From a virus (taxonomy: Duplodnaviria; Caudoviricetes): a stretch of 48,735 bases of DNA. The position numbers were made by a program, and so were the translations under genes. Under the pieces are notes generated by a model. That model ran no database searches and was not told the origin of the DNA. It saw only the letters and a list, made by a program, of their open reading frames with translations. Positions 8,641-17,348 of this stretch are shown here, one piece after another (position 1 is the first letter of the stretch; each line of letters opens with the position of its first letter). The stretch lies in IMG/VR virus record IMGVR_UViG_3300048852_000104, positions 1 to 48,735 of that record, one strand, 5' to 3'.

Positions 8641-8981
8641 GCTCATCTCTGCACCTTCGTCAGCGCCTGGCCGAAAGCCAAAGCCACACTCTTGGGCATC
8701 CTGATCCGAACCGCGATCATGGCTTTGATCTGCCCGTCGCCGTTCTTGGACATGGCGCCGAACGAGATGCGCACGATGTCGTTCTCGTCGACCTCGAGCT
8801 CCGTGATCAGGTCGACGTACAGGGCCGGGGCGCCTTCGTCGAAGATGAAGACCGGCTCTTCCGGGGTTCCGAGCTTTCCGACACTGGGCATGCGGCCTCC
8901 TACGTGGCTGGGAGAGTTGATTGGCGCGCCCGTCGGGCTTCGATCCTTGAATTCATCCGTATGGCGGAGGGCGGAAGATGA
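8637..8981 (+). CDS. possible sense 'bridge' ORF overlapping antisense gene
   Basis: ATGA overlap with cro stop and with next start; in register with the antisense gene. Confidence 0.35.
   Translation: MSSSLHLRQRLAESQSHTLGHPDPNRDHGFDLPVAVLGHGAERDAHDVVLVDLELRDQVDVQGRGAFVEDEDRLFRGSELSDTGHAASYVAGRVDWRARRASILEFIRMAEGGR
8643..8891 (-). CDS. antisense hypothetical protein (82 aa)
   Basis: GGAGG RBS; globular alpha/beta-like composition. Confidence 0.75.
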   Translation of the reverse strand: MPSVGKLGTPEEPVFIFDEGAPALYVDLITELEVDENDIVRISFGAMSKNGDGQIKAMIAVRIRMPKSVALAFGQALTKVQR

Positions 8982-9292
8982 CCTCCGACCAGACCATCCC
9001 CGAAGACGTCATGAAGGCGGTCCAATCCGCTTGGGAAAAGGCATGGAGCAAAACCGGCAGCACGAACGCGGAAAGCATTCGTGACGCGATAGCCATCGGC
9101 ATCCTTGCCGAGCGCGCCCGCAATTCGCAGCCGCGCCGGAATATCATCAAGGCTATCTGCGAGCTCCCGCACTCTATCGATGACGATCGTGTTGAGTTCC
9201 GCTTCAGCCCGCACCGTCCCGGTCATAACGCTCTCAACCAGTTGATCACCCAGCTTGAGGGCCTGTTCGGCACCTCGCAAGAGGAGGCTTGA
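8978..9292 (+). CDS. hypothetical protein
   Basis: GGAGG RBS; AI.AER motif. Confidence 0.7.
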   Translation: MTSDQTIPEDVMKAVQSAWEKAWSKTGSTNAESIRDAIAIGILAERARNSQPRRNIIKAICELPHSIDDDRVEFRFSPHRPGHNALNQLITQLEGLFGTSQEEA

Positions 9293-9295
9293 TCC

Positions 9296-10228
9296 ATGTC
9301 CGACGCACACGGCATTGCCCGCGACCAACTCCGCGCTTTCATTGAGCGCATCGAGCGCCTCGAAGAGGAAAAGAAGACCATCGCCGACGACATCAAGGAT
9401 GTCTACGGCGAGGCAAAATCGATGGACTTCGATGCCAAGATCCTGCGCAAGGTCATTTCGATCCGCAAGCAGGACGCCGATGAGCGTGCCGAACAAGAGG
9501 CGATCCTCGACACCTACCTGCACGCCCTCGGCATGATCCAGATCGACATGTTCGAAGAGCCGGAGGCCGAGACCAGCGCGAAGCTCGTCGCAACGGTTGC
9601 CACCGGCATGCAGACGCAAGCGGGTAGGGCGGCCTTGCTCGCAGCAGTCGACATCATGATCGATCGCGAAGAGCGCATCGACGCCGAGACCGGCGAAATC
9701 CTCGACGATCACACTGACATCGCCGCGGCCTCTCAAGGCGAAGCCGAGGTACCCAGCGACGAGCGCGAGACCGACCGCGAGGCGGCGGACACTCTCGCCG
9801 GCGCCAACGCAGGAGGCGAATATGTAGACGGCAGCGCGGAGCGCGCGTCCTCTGTTGCAACGTCCTCTGGCCCGGAGGCTAAACGGGCATCGAATTCGCC
9901 TGAACAGGCAAACGAGTTCCACGCGAAAGCCAGTGATGATGCATGCGAGGCAGGTCGTAAGGCTTTGGACCGCGCTGAGGCTTCGGCTGAAGCACCCGAC
10001 GGTGCGGAGCTGGTGAGTAGGGGTGTCGCTGACCGAGCAGCGACTGCAACGTCTGAGAATGGACGCGACAGCCTGGAGAGACAGGCACCTTCTTCCACCG
10101 CCAAGCCGAAATACGTCCTCCGGCCCAACTGCCGGAACCCGGAAGCGTGCGGCGGCTATTCCACGAACCATTGTCATCCATGCCTCAAGGCGCTTCGCGA
10201 AAGCGAAAAGGCGGAGGAAGTCGCATGA
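9296..10228 (+). CDS. GapR/DUF2312 domain fused to acidic disordered tail and Cys4 motif
   Basis: [43 protein letters not shown]...[13 protein letters not shown]; C-terminal CRNPEAC...CHPC. Confidence 0.88.
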   Translation: MSDAHGIARDQLRAFIERIERLEEEKKTIADDIKDVYGEAKSMDFDAKILRKVISIRKQDADERAEQEAILDTYLHALGMIQIDMFEEPEAETSAKLVATVATGMQTQAGRAALLAAVDIMIDREERIDAETGEILDDHTDIAAASQGEAEVPSDERETDREAADTLAGANAGGEYVDGSAERASSVATSSGPEAKRASNSPEQANEFHAKASDDACEAGRKALDRAEASAEAPDGAELVSRGVADRAATATSENGRDSLERQAPSSTAKPKYVLRPNCRNPEACGGYSTNHCHPCLKALRESEKAEEVA

Positions 10229-10365
10229 GCGAATACCTCCGGACATCCAGATCAGAAGACGCCACCGCGCAGCGAACGGTTGAGGGCAGGGTGAACCTTC
10301 CCCGACTGCAGGTGAGCCGCGCCGCTCCGTCCAATCCAAACTCAGATCAGAAGAGGGCTGCATGA
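10225..10365 (+). CDS. small hypothetical protein
   Basis: 46 aa, coupled at both ends. Confidence 0.4.
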   Translation: MSEYLRTSRSEDATAQRTVEGRVNLPRLQVSRAAPSNPNSDQKRAA

Positions 10366-10484
10366 CCTGGTCCATCCTCATTGCATCCGCTGGCGCCGTT
10401 CTCTGGATCGCAGCCCTGACATTGATCGTTCCCGGCTTCGTCGAGCGTGAGTTTCGCCGGAACGGCTACCGCCCAAAGGATTGA
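10362..10484 (+). CDS. small single-pass membrane protein
   Basis: [26 protein letters not shown]...; GAGGG RBS; coupled. Confidence 0.6.
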   Translation: MTWSILIASAGAVLWIAALTLIVPGFVEREFRRNGYRPKD

Positions 10485-10546
10485 GTGCGATTTCCTCCCC
10501 GCACTCAACGCTGGTCCCGGTCATCCTCCTCCCGGCCGGGACCAGC
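10481..10546 (+). ncRNA. cuckoo/alpha-r14-like double hairpin with anti-SD loops
   Basis: TTGAGTGCG/CGCACTCAA loop ATTTCCTCCC; GCTGGTCCCGGTC/GGCCGGGACCAGC loop ATCCTCCTCCC. Confidence 0.6.
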
Positions 10547-10756
10547 AACTCTCAACCGGATCCGCTTGTTCGCCAGTCTCAAGACCACGGCCTGAACAGC
10601 TTCTCCGAGAGGGATTGCCGGTGACGACGAGGGTTCGTCACCGGCGGCAGGACCAGACGTTGCGGCGGTGGTCCTGCGAAACGGAATGACTTGGGAGGGA
10701 CCGGCAGCCGTTGGCGCGGCGCCGTCCTCTCCATCGGAAGGGAAGTTCCTGGGCAT
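10505..10756 (-). CDS. antisense hypothetical protein (83 aa)
   Basis: AGGAG RBS; VIPF motif. Confidence 0.5.
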   Translation of the reverse strand: MPRNFPSDGEDGAAPTAAGPSQVIPFRRTTAATSGPAAGDEPSSSPAIPLGEAVQAVVLRLANKRIRLRVAGPGREEDDRDQR

Positions 10757-10800
10757 CGGTGTCTCCTACGCAAAGAGACACTCGCACGGGGAACCCCGAA

Positions 10801-11196
10801 ATGTACGGCAATAGAGTTTCCAAATCCGGAAAACGTGTTTCCGAGGCAAAGATGACAAGTGTGGCACTGACAGAGGCGAAAGATTGGTACGACGCCCTCA
10901 TGAACGCGGAGTTCAAGGGACGTGGAGACCGTGAAAAGTCCGTCCGTGGTAGAATTTCGGACGAGACCGGAATTCCCGAGAGCTACCTTTACAGGCTTCA
11001 ATACAAGACCCGGGAAATGAAGGACGTGGCAGGGTCTGCTTATCGCGCGCTGCGATTGGCCTACATAGACCTTTGCCGCAAGAACGAGGATGCTGCGGAG
11101 GCGTATCGCGCCGAACGCAACGAACTGAGGAGCACCCATGCGGCTGTTAAGAAGCGCGCTCGTTCGCGCGTGGGAATGGGGGAGGCTTCAAAGTGA
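10801..11196 (+). CDS. putative transcription regulator (CII-like position)
   Basis: HTH-like RISDETGIPESYLYRL; start uncertain (10801 or 10852). Confidence 0.6.
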   Translation: MYGNRVSKSGKRVSEAKMTSVALTEAKDWYDALMNAEFKGRGDREKSVRGRISDETGIPESYLYRLQYKTREMKDVAGSAYRALRLAYIDLCRKNEDAAEAYRAERNELRSTHAAVKKRARSRVGMGEASK

Positions 11197-13742
11197 GAAG
11201 TTCCTCCACTGGATGCGCCGGAAGCGGCCGAGGGAATGAGACTGCCGCTTACGGAGATTTCCTGCGCAATAAGATCAGGCTCGCGCCGGTCTCAGGCCTG
11301 CAGGTAAACGCCGACGAGGTGAACCCGATCCTGAAGGATCACCAGCGCGACATCGTCGTGTGGTCGGTCCGCGGCGGCAAGCGCGCAGTTTTCGCTGCCT
11401 TCGGCCTTGGCAAGTCGGTCATCCAGATCGAGGCCCTTCGGCTTATCTGCGAGAAGACTTCCGGCCGCGGCCTGATCGTACTTCCGCTCGGTGTTCGCCA
11501 GGAGTTCCGTCGCGACGGCGAAATGCTCGGCGTCGATATCAAGTTCATCCGTCGCATCGAAGAGGCAGGAGAGACCGGCCTCTATATGACGAACTATGAG
11601 ACTGTCCGCGACGGCAAGCTCGATCCGAACGAGTTCACGGCCGTATCGCTCGACGAAGCCTCGGTGCTTCGCTCCTACGGGTCGAAGACCTATCAGACAT
11701 TCCTTTCGCTCTTCGAAGGTGTCCGGTACCGGTTCGTTGCCACGGCAACGCCGAGCCCGAACCGATACAAGGAGCTGATCCACTATGCTGGCTTCCTCGG
11801 CATTATGGATACCGGGCAGGCCCTGACGCGCTTCTTCCAGCGTGACAGCACCCAAGCCAACAATCTGACGCTCTACCCGCACAAGGAGCGCGAGTTCTGG
11901 CTCTGGCTGAACTCCTGGGCAATCTTCCTGCAGCGGCCGTCCGACCTCGGCTATTCGGACGAGGGCTACAGCCTACCTCCGTTCGACGTGATCTATCACG
12001 AGGTTCAGTCGAACATTGCCGATGGTGGTGTCGATCGCGACGGCCAGTCCGCATTGTTCCGAGACACGGCCGTCGGCGTCGTTTCCGCCTCCAAGGAGAA
12101 GCGCGAGACGCTGGATGCTCGCATTGCCAAGATGGGCGAGATCCTCGCCGGTGCCCCTGATGACCGTTTCATCATCTGGCACGACCTCGAGGATGAGCGC
12201 CGAGCCATCGAGAAGGCGGTACCGACTGCAGTTTCCGTCTACGGCACGCAGGAGCTGGACGCCCGCGAGCAGGCCATCATCGATTTCAGCAATGGCGGGT
12301 TTCAGTATCTGGCCGCCAAGCCGGTGATTGCAGGGTCCGGCTGCAACTTTCAGCGCCACTGCCACAAGGCGATCTTCCTCGGCATCGGCTTCAAGTTCAA
12401 CGACTTCATCCAGGCGCTGCACCGGATCTACCGGTTCCTGCAAACGCGCCAGGTCGAAATCCACATCATCTACGCCGAGAGCGAGCGCGAGGTTCTCCGC
12501 ACGCTGCAGGGCAAATGGGAGGCACACAATCGCATGGTCGAGAACATGAGCGAAATCATCCGTGAGCATGGTCTCGACAAGCTTTCCGCCGCGGAGGTCC
12601 TGACGCGCTCGATCGGCGTCGAGCGGGTCGAAGCGAAGGGCGAGGGCTGGCTTGTTGCCAACAATGATTGCGTCGACGAGACGCGGTCGATGGCCGACAG
12701 CTCGGTCGACCTGATCGTCACCTCGATCCCCTTCTCGAACCACTACGAGTATACGCCCAGCTACAACGACTTCGGGCACACCGACAGTGACGATCATTTC
12801 TTCCAGCAGATGGACTTCCTGACGCCGGAGCTGCTGCGCACCCTCAAGCCGGGCCGAATCTACGCCTGCCATGTGAAGGACCGGATCCTGTTCGGCAACG
12901 TGACCGGCATGGGGATGCCAACGGTCAACCCGTTCCATGCCCGGACGATCTTCCACACCATGTCGCACGGCTTTGCCTACATGGGGATGGTCCAGATAAA
13001 CACTGACGTCGTTCGCGAGAACAACCAGACCTACCGGCTTGGCTGGACTGAGAACTGCAAGGACGGCACCAAGATGGGTGTAGGCTCGCCGGAATATCTT
13101 CTGCTGTTCCGCAAGCTGCCGTCGGACACCTCAAAGGCCTATGCCGACGAGCGCGTGACCAAGGACAAGGAAGACTACACCCGCGCACGCTGGCAGGTGG
13201 ATGCTCACGCCTTCTGGCGATCGTCCGGTGACAGGCTGTTGACGCCGGACGAACTTGCGGCGCTCGGACCGGACCTTCTCGCCAAGACCTTCACCGAATG
13301 GTCGATGAAGAACGTCTACGATTATGAAACCCATATCAAAATTGGCGAGGCGCTGGAAATTCGCGGCGCTCTGCCGTCCACCTTCATGAGCCTTGCGCCA
13401 GGGTCAACATCTGTCTGGACATGGCACGACGTCGTTAGGATGCGCACCCTAAACGGCGAGCAGACGAAGAAGGGCTTGGAAAATCACATCTGCCCGCTGC
13501 AGTTCGATATCGTGGACCGGGTAATCCGGCGCTTCTCCAATGAAGGCGATCTCGTCTTTGATCCGTTCGGCGGCCTCTTCACCGTTCCATATCGCGCGCT
13601 GAAGCTCGGGCGAAGGGGCAGGGCGTCCGAACTCAATCCCGGCTACTTCCTCGACGGCATCAAGTATCTACAGGCGATGGAGCGGGAAATCGCGACACCG
13701 ACCATGTTCGATATTTTCGAGCGCGAAGGTGTGGCGGCGTGA
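11193..13742 (+). CDS. SF2 helicase - N4C/N6A DNA methyltransferase fusion
   Basis: FGLGKS, LDEAS, ATATP, GCNFQ, Q.LHRIYR helicase motifs; DLIVTSIPF then VFDPFGG MTase motifs (beta order). Confidence 0.88.
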   Translation: MRSSSTGCAGSGRGNETAAYGDFLRNKIRLAPVSGLQVNADEVNPILKDHQRDIVVWSVRGGKRAVFAAFGLGKSVIQIEALRLICEKTSGRGLIVLPLGVRQEFRRDGEMLGVDIKFIRRIEEAGETGLYMTNYETVRDGKLDPNEFTAVSLDEASVLRSYGSKTYQTFLSLFEGVRYRFVATATPSPNRYKELIHYAGFLGIMDTGQALTRFFQRDSTQANNLTLYPHKEREFWLWLNSWAIFLQRPSDLGYSDEGYSLPPFDVIYHEVQSNIADGGVDRDGQSALFRDTAVGVVSASKEKRETLDARIAKMGEILAGAPDDRFIIWHDLEDERRAIEKAVPTAVSVYGTQELDAREQAIIDFSNGGFQYLAAKPVIAGSGCNFQRHCHKAIFLGIGFKFNDFIQALHRIYRFLQTRQVEIHIIYAESEREVLRTLQGKWEAHNRMVENMSEIIREHGLDKLSAAEVLTRSIGVERVEAKGEGWLVANNDCVDETRSMADSSVDLIVTSIPFSNHYEYTPSYNDFGHTDSDDHFFQQMDFLTPELLRTLKPGRIYACHVKDRILFGNVTGMGMPTVNPFHARTIFHTMSHGFAYMGMVQINTDVVRENNQTYRLGWTENCKDGTKMGVGSPEYLLLFRKLPSDTSKAYADERVTKDKEDYTRARWQVDAHAFWRSSGDRLLTPDELAALGPDLLAKTFTEWSMKNVYDYETHIKIGEALEIRGALPSTFMSLAPGSTSVWTWHDVVRMRTLNGEQTKKGLENHICPLQFDIVDRVIRRFSNEGDLVFDPFGGLFTVPYRALKLGRRGRASELNPGYFLDGIKYLQAMEREIATPTMFDIFEREGVAA

Positions 13743-14086
13743 TGTCAACGCAAGGTTTTAATCTTCGCCTCTTCGATCGCCGCAAGGAAAGCTTCTCGTG
13801 CCGGTTCGGCAGGCAGGGCGCCGAGCATCGCGTCCGTGCACGCGTTCAAAGCAGCAGCGTAGGTGCTTCCATCGGTACTTGGCCAACTTTCACTGAGCAG
13901 GCGAGCCGCGGCAGCCGGCGACCACACGATTTGAACCTCGTCGAGATTGGGCAGATCGATAATTACGCATTCGTCCCAGTTCTCAGCCATTTTGATATCC
14001 CTATGCTTTTTGGCCGCCTAACCGATTTTCCTCTCAATCGTTCCAGCAGAATTACTGCTGCACGGACGTGGAGTGCGGTGGCATGA
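13742..14086 (+). CDS. possible sense 'bridge' ORF overlapping DUF982 gene
   Basis: TGATG overlap with upstream stop and ATGA overlap with rusA start. Confidence 0.35.
   Translation: MSTQGFNLRLFDRRKESFSCRFGRQGAEHRVRARVQSSSVGASIGTWPTFTEQASRGSRRPHDLNLVEIGQIDNYAFVPVLSHFDIPMLFGRLTDFPLNRSSRITAARTWSAVA
13745..13990 (-). CDS. DUF982 family protein (antisense moron)
   Basis: S...AA..L...WP...G..Y.AAL.AC...M.G....E.AR.AF.AA.EEA pattern. Confidence 0.8.
   Translation of the reverse strand: MAENWDECVIIDLPNLDEVQIVWSPAAAARLLSESWPSTDGSTYAAALNACTDAMLGALPAEPAREAFLAAIEEAKIKTLR
14020..14044 (-). promoter_or_regulatory. sigma-EcfG/RpoE2-type promoter for DUF982 gene
   Basis: GGAAC-N16-GGTT, 30 nt upstream of ATG. 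Confidence 0.7.
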
Positions 14087-14436
14087 TCAAGCTTCACCTT
14101 CCATATCCTCCGAGCGGCTGGGACCTCTACAACGGCTGGGGCAAGACCCGTCGTCTGTCCCCCACCTACAAGAAATGGCGGAACGACGCCGGCTACTTCA
14201 TCAAGGCTCCTAAGCAGACGATCGACCAGCCGTTCGCGCTGCACGTCGCGCTGCGCCGGCAGAACATGCGCCAAGACATCGACAATCGCTCAAAAGCGAT
14301 CCTCGACTGCCTTCAGCACTACGGCGTCATCAAGAACGACAACCTCTGCGAACGCTTGACCATGTGCTGGGACAGCGATCTTCCGGCCGAGTGCGTCGTC
14401 ATCATCCAGGTATGTGAAGAGGGAATGGCGGCGTGA
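14083..14436 (+). CDS. rusA: RusA-like Holliday junction resolvase
   Basis: LPYPPS, DIDNRSKAILDCL...GVIKNDN motifs. Confidence 0.85.
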   Translation: MIKLHLPYPPSGWDLYNGWGKTRRLSPTYKKWRNDAGYFIKAPKQTIDQPFALHVALRRQNMRQDIDNRSKAILDCLQHYGVIKNDNLCERLTMCWDSDLPAECVVIIQVCEEGMAA

Positions 14437-15269
14437 GCAACAGAGCCTGGATGCCACTGCATATCGGCGATTACCTCTCGGACACCGGGCACCTCACCGC
14501 TACCGAGCACGGCGCCTACCTGCTCCTGATCATGCACTATTGGCAGAACGGCTCCCTGCCAGAGAACGAACGCCTGATTTCTCGCATCGCGCGGCTGACG
14601 CCTGATCAGTGGGAGGAGAGCAGAGATGTTATCGCAATGCTGTTCGGGCCGGGCTGGACGCATAAGCGCATCGACGCCGAACTGGCCAAGGCGGATGAGA
14701 TAATCGAGAAGCGCCGCGCTGCTGCAGATGCTCGTTACAAGAAGGGCAATAGCAATGCACATGCAATGCAAGTGCAGAGCAAATGCAGTGATACGGGCGC
14801 GTCACCTTCAACCGACAACCTATCTACATCCTCACTCCGTTCGGATGTTTGCCCGGAGCCGGAAAAATCCGCTCCGGCCTCGCCGACGGTGATCGAGCTT
14901 CCGGCAGTCAATGGCGACATGGTTTCGATTTCCGAGGTCGATGTTGCCGAGTGGTCCGAGGCTTTCCCTGCCGTGAACGTTCGCCAGCAGTTGGCGGCAA
15001 TGCGCTCCTGGCTCAACGCCAATCCGAAGAACCGCAAGACCGGCAAGGGCATGAAACGCTTCGTCGTTTCCTGGCTCACTCGCGACCAGGACCGCGGAGG
15101 AGGGCGCCAGCATCCGCAGGCCCAATCGCCACCTCGGCCGCAAAGCCCTTCCATGCAACGCCATCACGACATCCACGCAAGGCTGAAACGAGAACTCTAC
15201 GGTGAACCAGATGAACAATTTGCCGGCCAAACTGTCGACCTTGCAGCAGGAGATTTCCGCTCTCACTGA
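14433..15269 (+). CDS. YdaU/DUF1376 family replication initiator
   Basis: WMPLHIGDYLSDT.HL...EHGAYLLL..HYW; C-terminal W..ANP...K...RF...WL. Confidence 0.85.
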   Translation: MSNRAWMPLHIGDYLSDTGHLTATEHGAYLLLIMHYWQNGSLPENERLISRIARLTPDQWEESRDVIAMLFGPGWTHKRIDAELAKADEIIEKRRAAADARYKKGNSNAHAMQVQSKCSDTGASPSTDNLSTSSLRSDVCPEPEKSAPASPTVIELPAVNGDMVSISEVDVAEWSEAFPAVNVRQQLAAMRSWLNANPKNRKTGKGMKRFVVSWLTRDQDRGGGRQHPQAQSPPRPQSPSMQRHHDIHARLKRELYGEPDEQFAGQTVDLAAGDFRSH

Positions 15270-15987
15270 GCAGCTTGCTCCGGCCGGCGCCGACGAAATC
15301 GGCCAGTGCATCGAAGGCCTCATGAGCGGCGGCATGCGGATCTCCGAAACGATCACTGCTGCAAGCCCGGTCGAAGAATACCGCCTCTCCCTCCGCAACG
15401 TGCCGGTCTATGGGCTGCGCCGGGCCTACGTGAAGCTGAAGCGGGGCGAATACGAAAACATCAACAAGGCTTTCATCCCCCTGCCGGCGGAGCTTGCGGC
15501 CATGGCCAACGCCGAATGCCGTCTCATCCGTGAGGACCGGATCCGCAAGCAGGAAACGCTTAGGGCGATCGAGGACTCCGTCAGCCGAACGCTGCCCAGC
15601 TCTCATGGGCTCATGGACCTGCGCGTCACCCAGCGTGAGCGCGCCATCGCACTGGCGGAGAAGGGCTTCGTCCGGGTCGCCGAAGGTGTCGACCATCTGG
15701 AATTCGCCCAGCTTGCCAAATCGCGGGAACTCCCGGCCGGATCGGTCCACTTGTGGGCAATCGACGAGGTTTGGTCGCCGATCGCCGTCCGCATCAACCG
15801 CAGCAGGATCCAGACCAAGCTGAACGTCACGCCCCCGCCGGTATCGCCGGAGCGCGCCGACGAGCTCGCTCGCATGCTGGCGCTTCCCGATGCCAGCCAG
15901 GTCACTGCCGAACAGATGGCCTATCGCGGCAAGGTGAAGGCCGACATCGAAGCGGCCGAGCCGGTCGAAGAGGAGAAGGCGGCATGA
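15211..15987 (+). CDS. replication-module hypothetical protein
   Basis: FIPLPAEL motif; follows initiator. Confidence 0.7.
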   Translation: MNNLPAKLSTLQQEISALTEQLAPAGADEIGQCIEGLMSGGMRISETITAASPVEEYRLSLRNVPVYGLRRAYVKLKRGEYENINKAFIPLPAELAAMANAECRLIREDRIRKQETLRAIEDSVSRTLPSSHGLMDLRVTQRERAIALAEKGFVRVAEGVDHLEFAQLAKSRELPAGSVHLWAIDEVWSPIAVRINRSRIQTKLNVTPPPVSPERADELARMLALPDASQVTAEQMAYRGKVKADIEAAEPVEEEKAA

Positions 15988-16427
15988 CAATCCAGCACCG
16001 GACCGTCGACATCGAAGCTGCAGCGAAGCTCTGGAAGGATGATCTATCGGCCTCGCAGATCGCCAAGCGCTTTGGCGTCAGCCGAAACGTCATTGTCGGA
16101 CTGGCCTACCGCAACCGCAGTCTGTTCCCGTGGCGCGGCGATGCTGGGAAAAAGACCAGTGCACGCGACCCAAGGAAGGCTGCCAAGCCGGCGAGGCCTC
16201 GCAAGCGGGCGCCAGAGCTGAAGCCGGAACCGGAGATCCCGGCGACCGCCTACGACGCCGAGCGCCTCTCACGCGCGAAGCAACTTCACCAATTGTCGGC
16301 CGGCGAATGCTGCTGGCCTCTCAACACCGGCGGCCCGTACCTGTTCTGTGCGGCGGAAACGACCGGCCGCTACTGCCGAAACCACCATGCAAGGTCCTTG
16401 CCGAAGAAATCGAGGGTGAATGAATGA
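15984..16427 (+). CDS. GcrA-like regulator
   Basis: LW...LSASQIAKRFGVSRNVIVG...R N-terminus; CCWP...FC...YC..H C-terminus. Confidence 0.85.
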   Translation: MTIQHRTVDIEAAAKLWKDDLSASQIAKRFGVSRNVIVGLAYRNRSLFPWRGDAGKKTSARDPRKAAKPARPRKRAPELKPEPEIPATAYDAERLSRAKQLHQLSAGECCWPLNTGGPYLFCAAETTGRYCRNHHARSLPKKSRVNE

Positions 16428-17110
16428 CGATGGTAGCGAACAGCAACCGACAGACGTCTTGGTATGCGGTCAGGGCCGTCCCCGGCTCTCAGCGGATGGC
16501 GACTATGCTCGAGCCTGCGAACGATGAAACGGAAGAGGAGAAGCTGGCCCGCGAGCGGCGCAAGGGCGAAAGCATCCTGGAACGCAATCTCCGCAACGGG
16601 GGTATCGACGTTTACATGCCGTCATTCTGGGCCATCACTCAGCACCAGCGCACGAACAAAATGCTAGAGCGCCGCTTCCCGCTGTTGGTCGGCTATGCCT
16701 TCGTCAACATCAGCCAGAGGGATTTCGAACGCGTCCGAAACATCGACGGCGTCATGTGCTTCCTTCGTCCCTCTGCTGATCGGGGCCCCGTCGTCTTCCC
16801 CGACACTGACATCGGCAGTCTCATGTTCGCCGATTTCCAGAAACGACAGCAGTGGGAACGCGAGCGCACAGAGAGGCTGGTCCTGTCTCAAAACCACCGC
16901 CGCAATACTCTCAACAAGCGCCTCGGTTTGATCTTCCCGAAAGGCAGACGAAAGAAAATTCCGCTGCGGATGATGGCAGAAGCCGCAATTGACGATCTAT
17001 CGCCGGCAAGTCGTCACCAGGTTTTGAAGATTCTCAACGAATTGAAGGCCATGGACAGCGAAATGGAGGCTTGCAGGGCAAGCTCGACGGCTTTATATTC
17101 AGTCGCGTGA
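16424..17110 (+). CDS. NusG-paralogue late antiterminator
   Basis: WYAVR..PG, YMP, PLLVGYAFV, IDGV..FL NGN-domain motifs; occupies the lambda Q position. Confidence 0.8.
   Translation: MTMVANSNRQTSWYAVRAVPGSQRMATMLEPANDETEEEKLARERRKGESILERNLRNGGIDVYMPSFWAITQHQRTNKMLERRFPLLVGYAFVNISQRDFERVRNIDGVMCFLRPSADRGPVVFPDTDIGSLMFADFQKRQQWERERTERLVLSQNHRRNTLNKRLGLIFPKGRRKKIPLRMMAEAAIDDLSPASRHQVLKILNELKAMDSEMEACRASSTALYSVA
17071..17099 (+). promoter_or_regulatory. late promoter (PR'-like) within 3' end of antiterminator gene
   Basis: TTGCAG-N17-TATATT. Confidence 0.65.
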
Positions 17111-17212
17111 TTTGGGTGTGCAGTCGGACCTTGCCAACCGCAACGGGAATACTCGACGGCCCAGCCGGGAGCCCTCCAACTCCTGCCCAATGGGAAAATG
17201 CATCCAAAATTC

Positions 17213-17235
17213 AGGGCGGCTTAGACCGCCCTTTT
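17213..17235 (+). terminator. intrinsic terminator t1
   Basis: AGGGCGG-cttaga-CCGCCCT-TTT. Confidence 0.65.
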
Positions 17236-17295
17236 CCAATTCAAATTGCCCGGTAGTGCTGCTGGAAAATGCAGATAGACCCCGACCGGGCAAGC

Positions 17296-17347
17296 GCGAC
17301 CACCTTGCGACCGCCGTCTATGCGGTAGGGTGGTCGCCTTTTCATTT
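17296..17347 (+). terminator. intrinsic terminator t2
   Basis: GCGACCACC...GGTGGTCGC followed by CTTTTCATTT. Confidence 0.55.
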
Positions 17348-17348
17348 C

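Noticed and set aside
8900-10381. 493-aa minus-strand ORF
   Set aside because: Antisense shadow of the GapR-fusion gene and neighbours; no motifs
10481-10814. Relay of three mini-ORFs with TTGA/GTGA/ATGA overlaps across antisense gene
   Set aside because: NTGA overlaps arise readily by chance; no independent support
11236-11250. Possible frameshifted start (ATGAGACT) of helicase-MTase
   Set aside because: In-frame GTG at 11193 has a well-spaced GGAGG and overlaps the upstream stop
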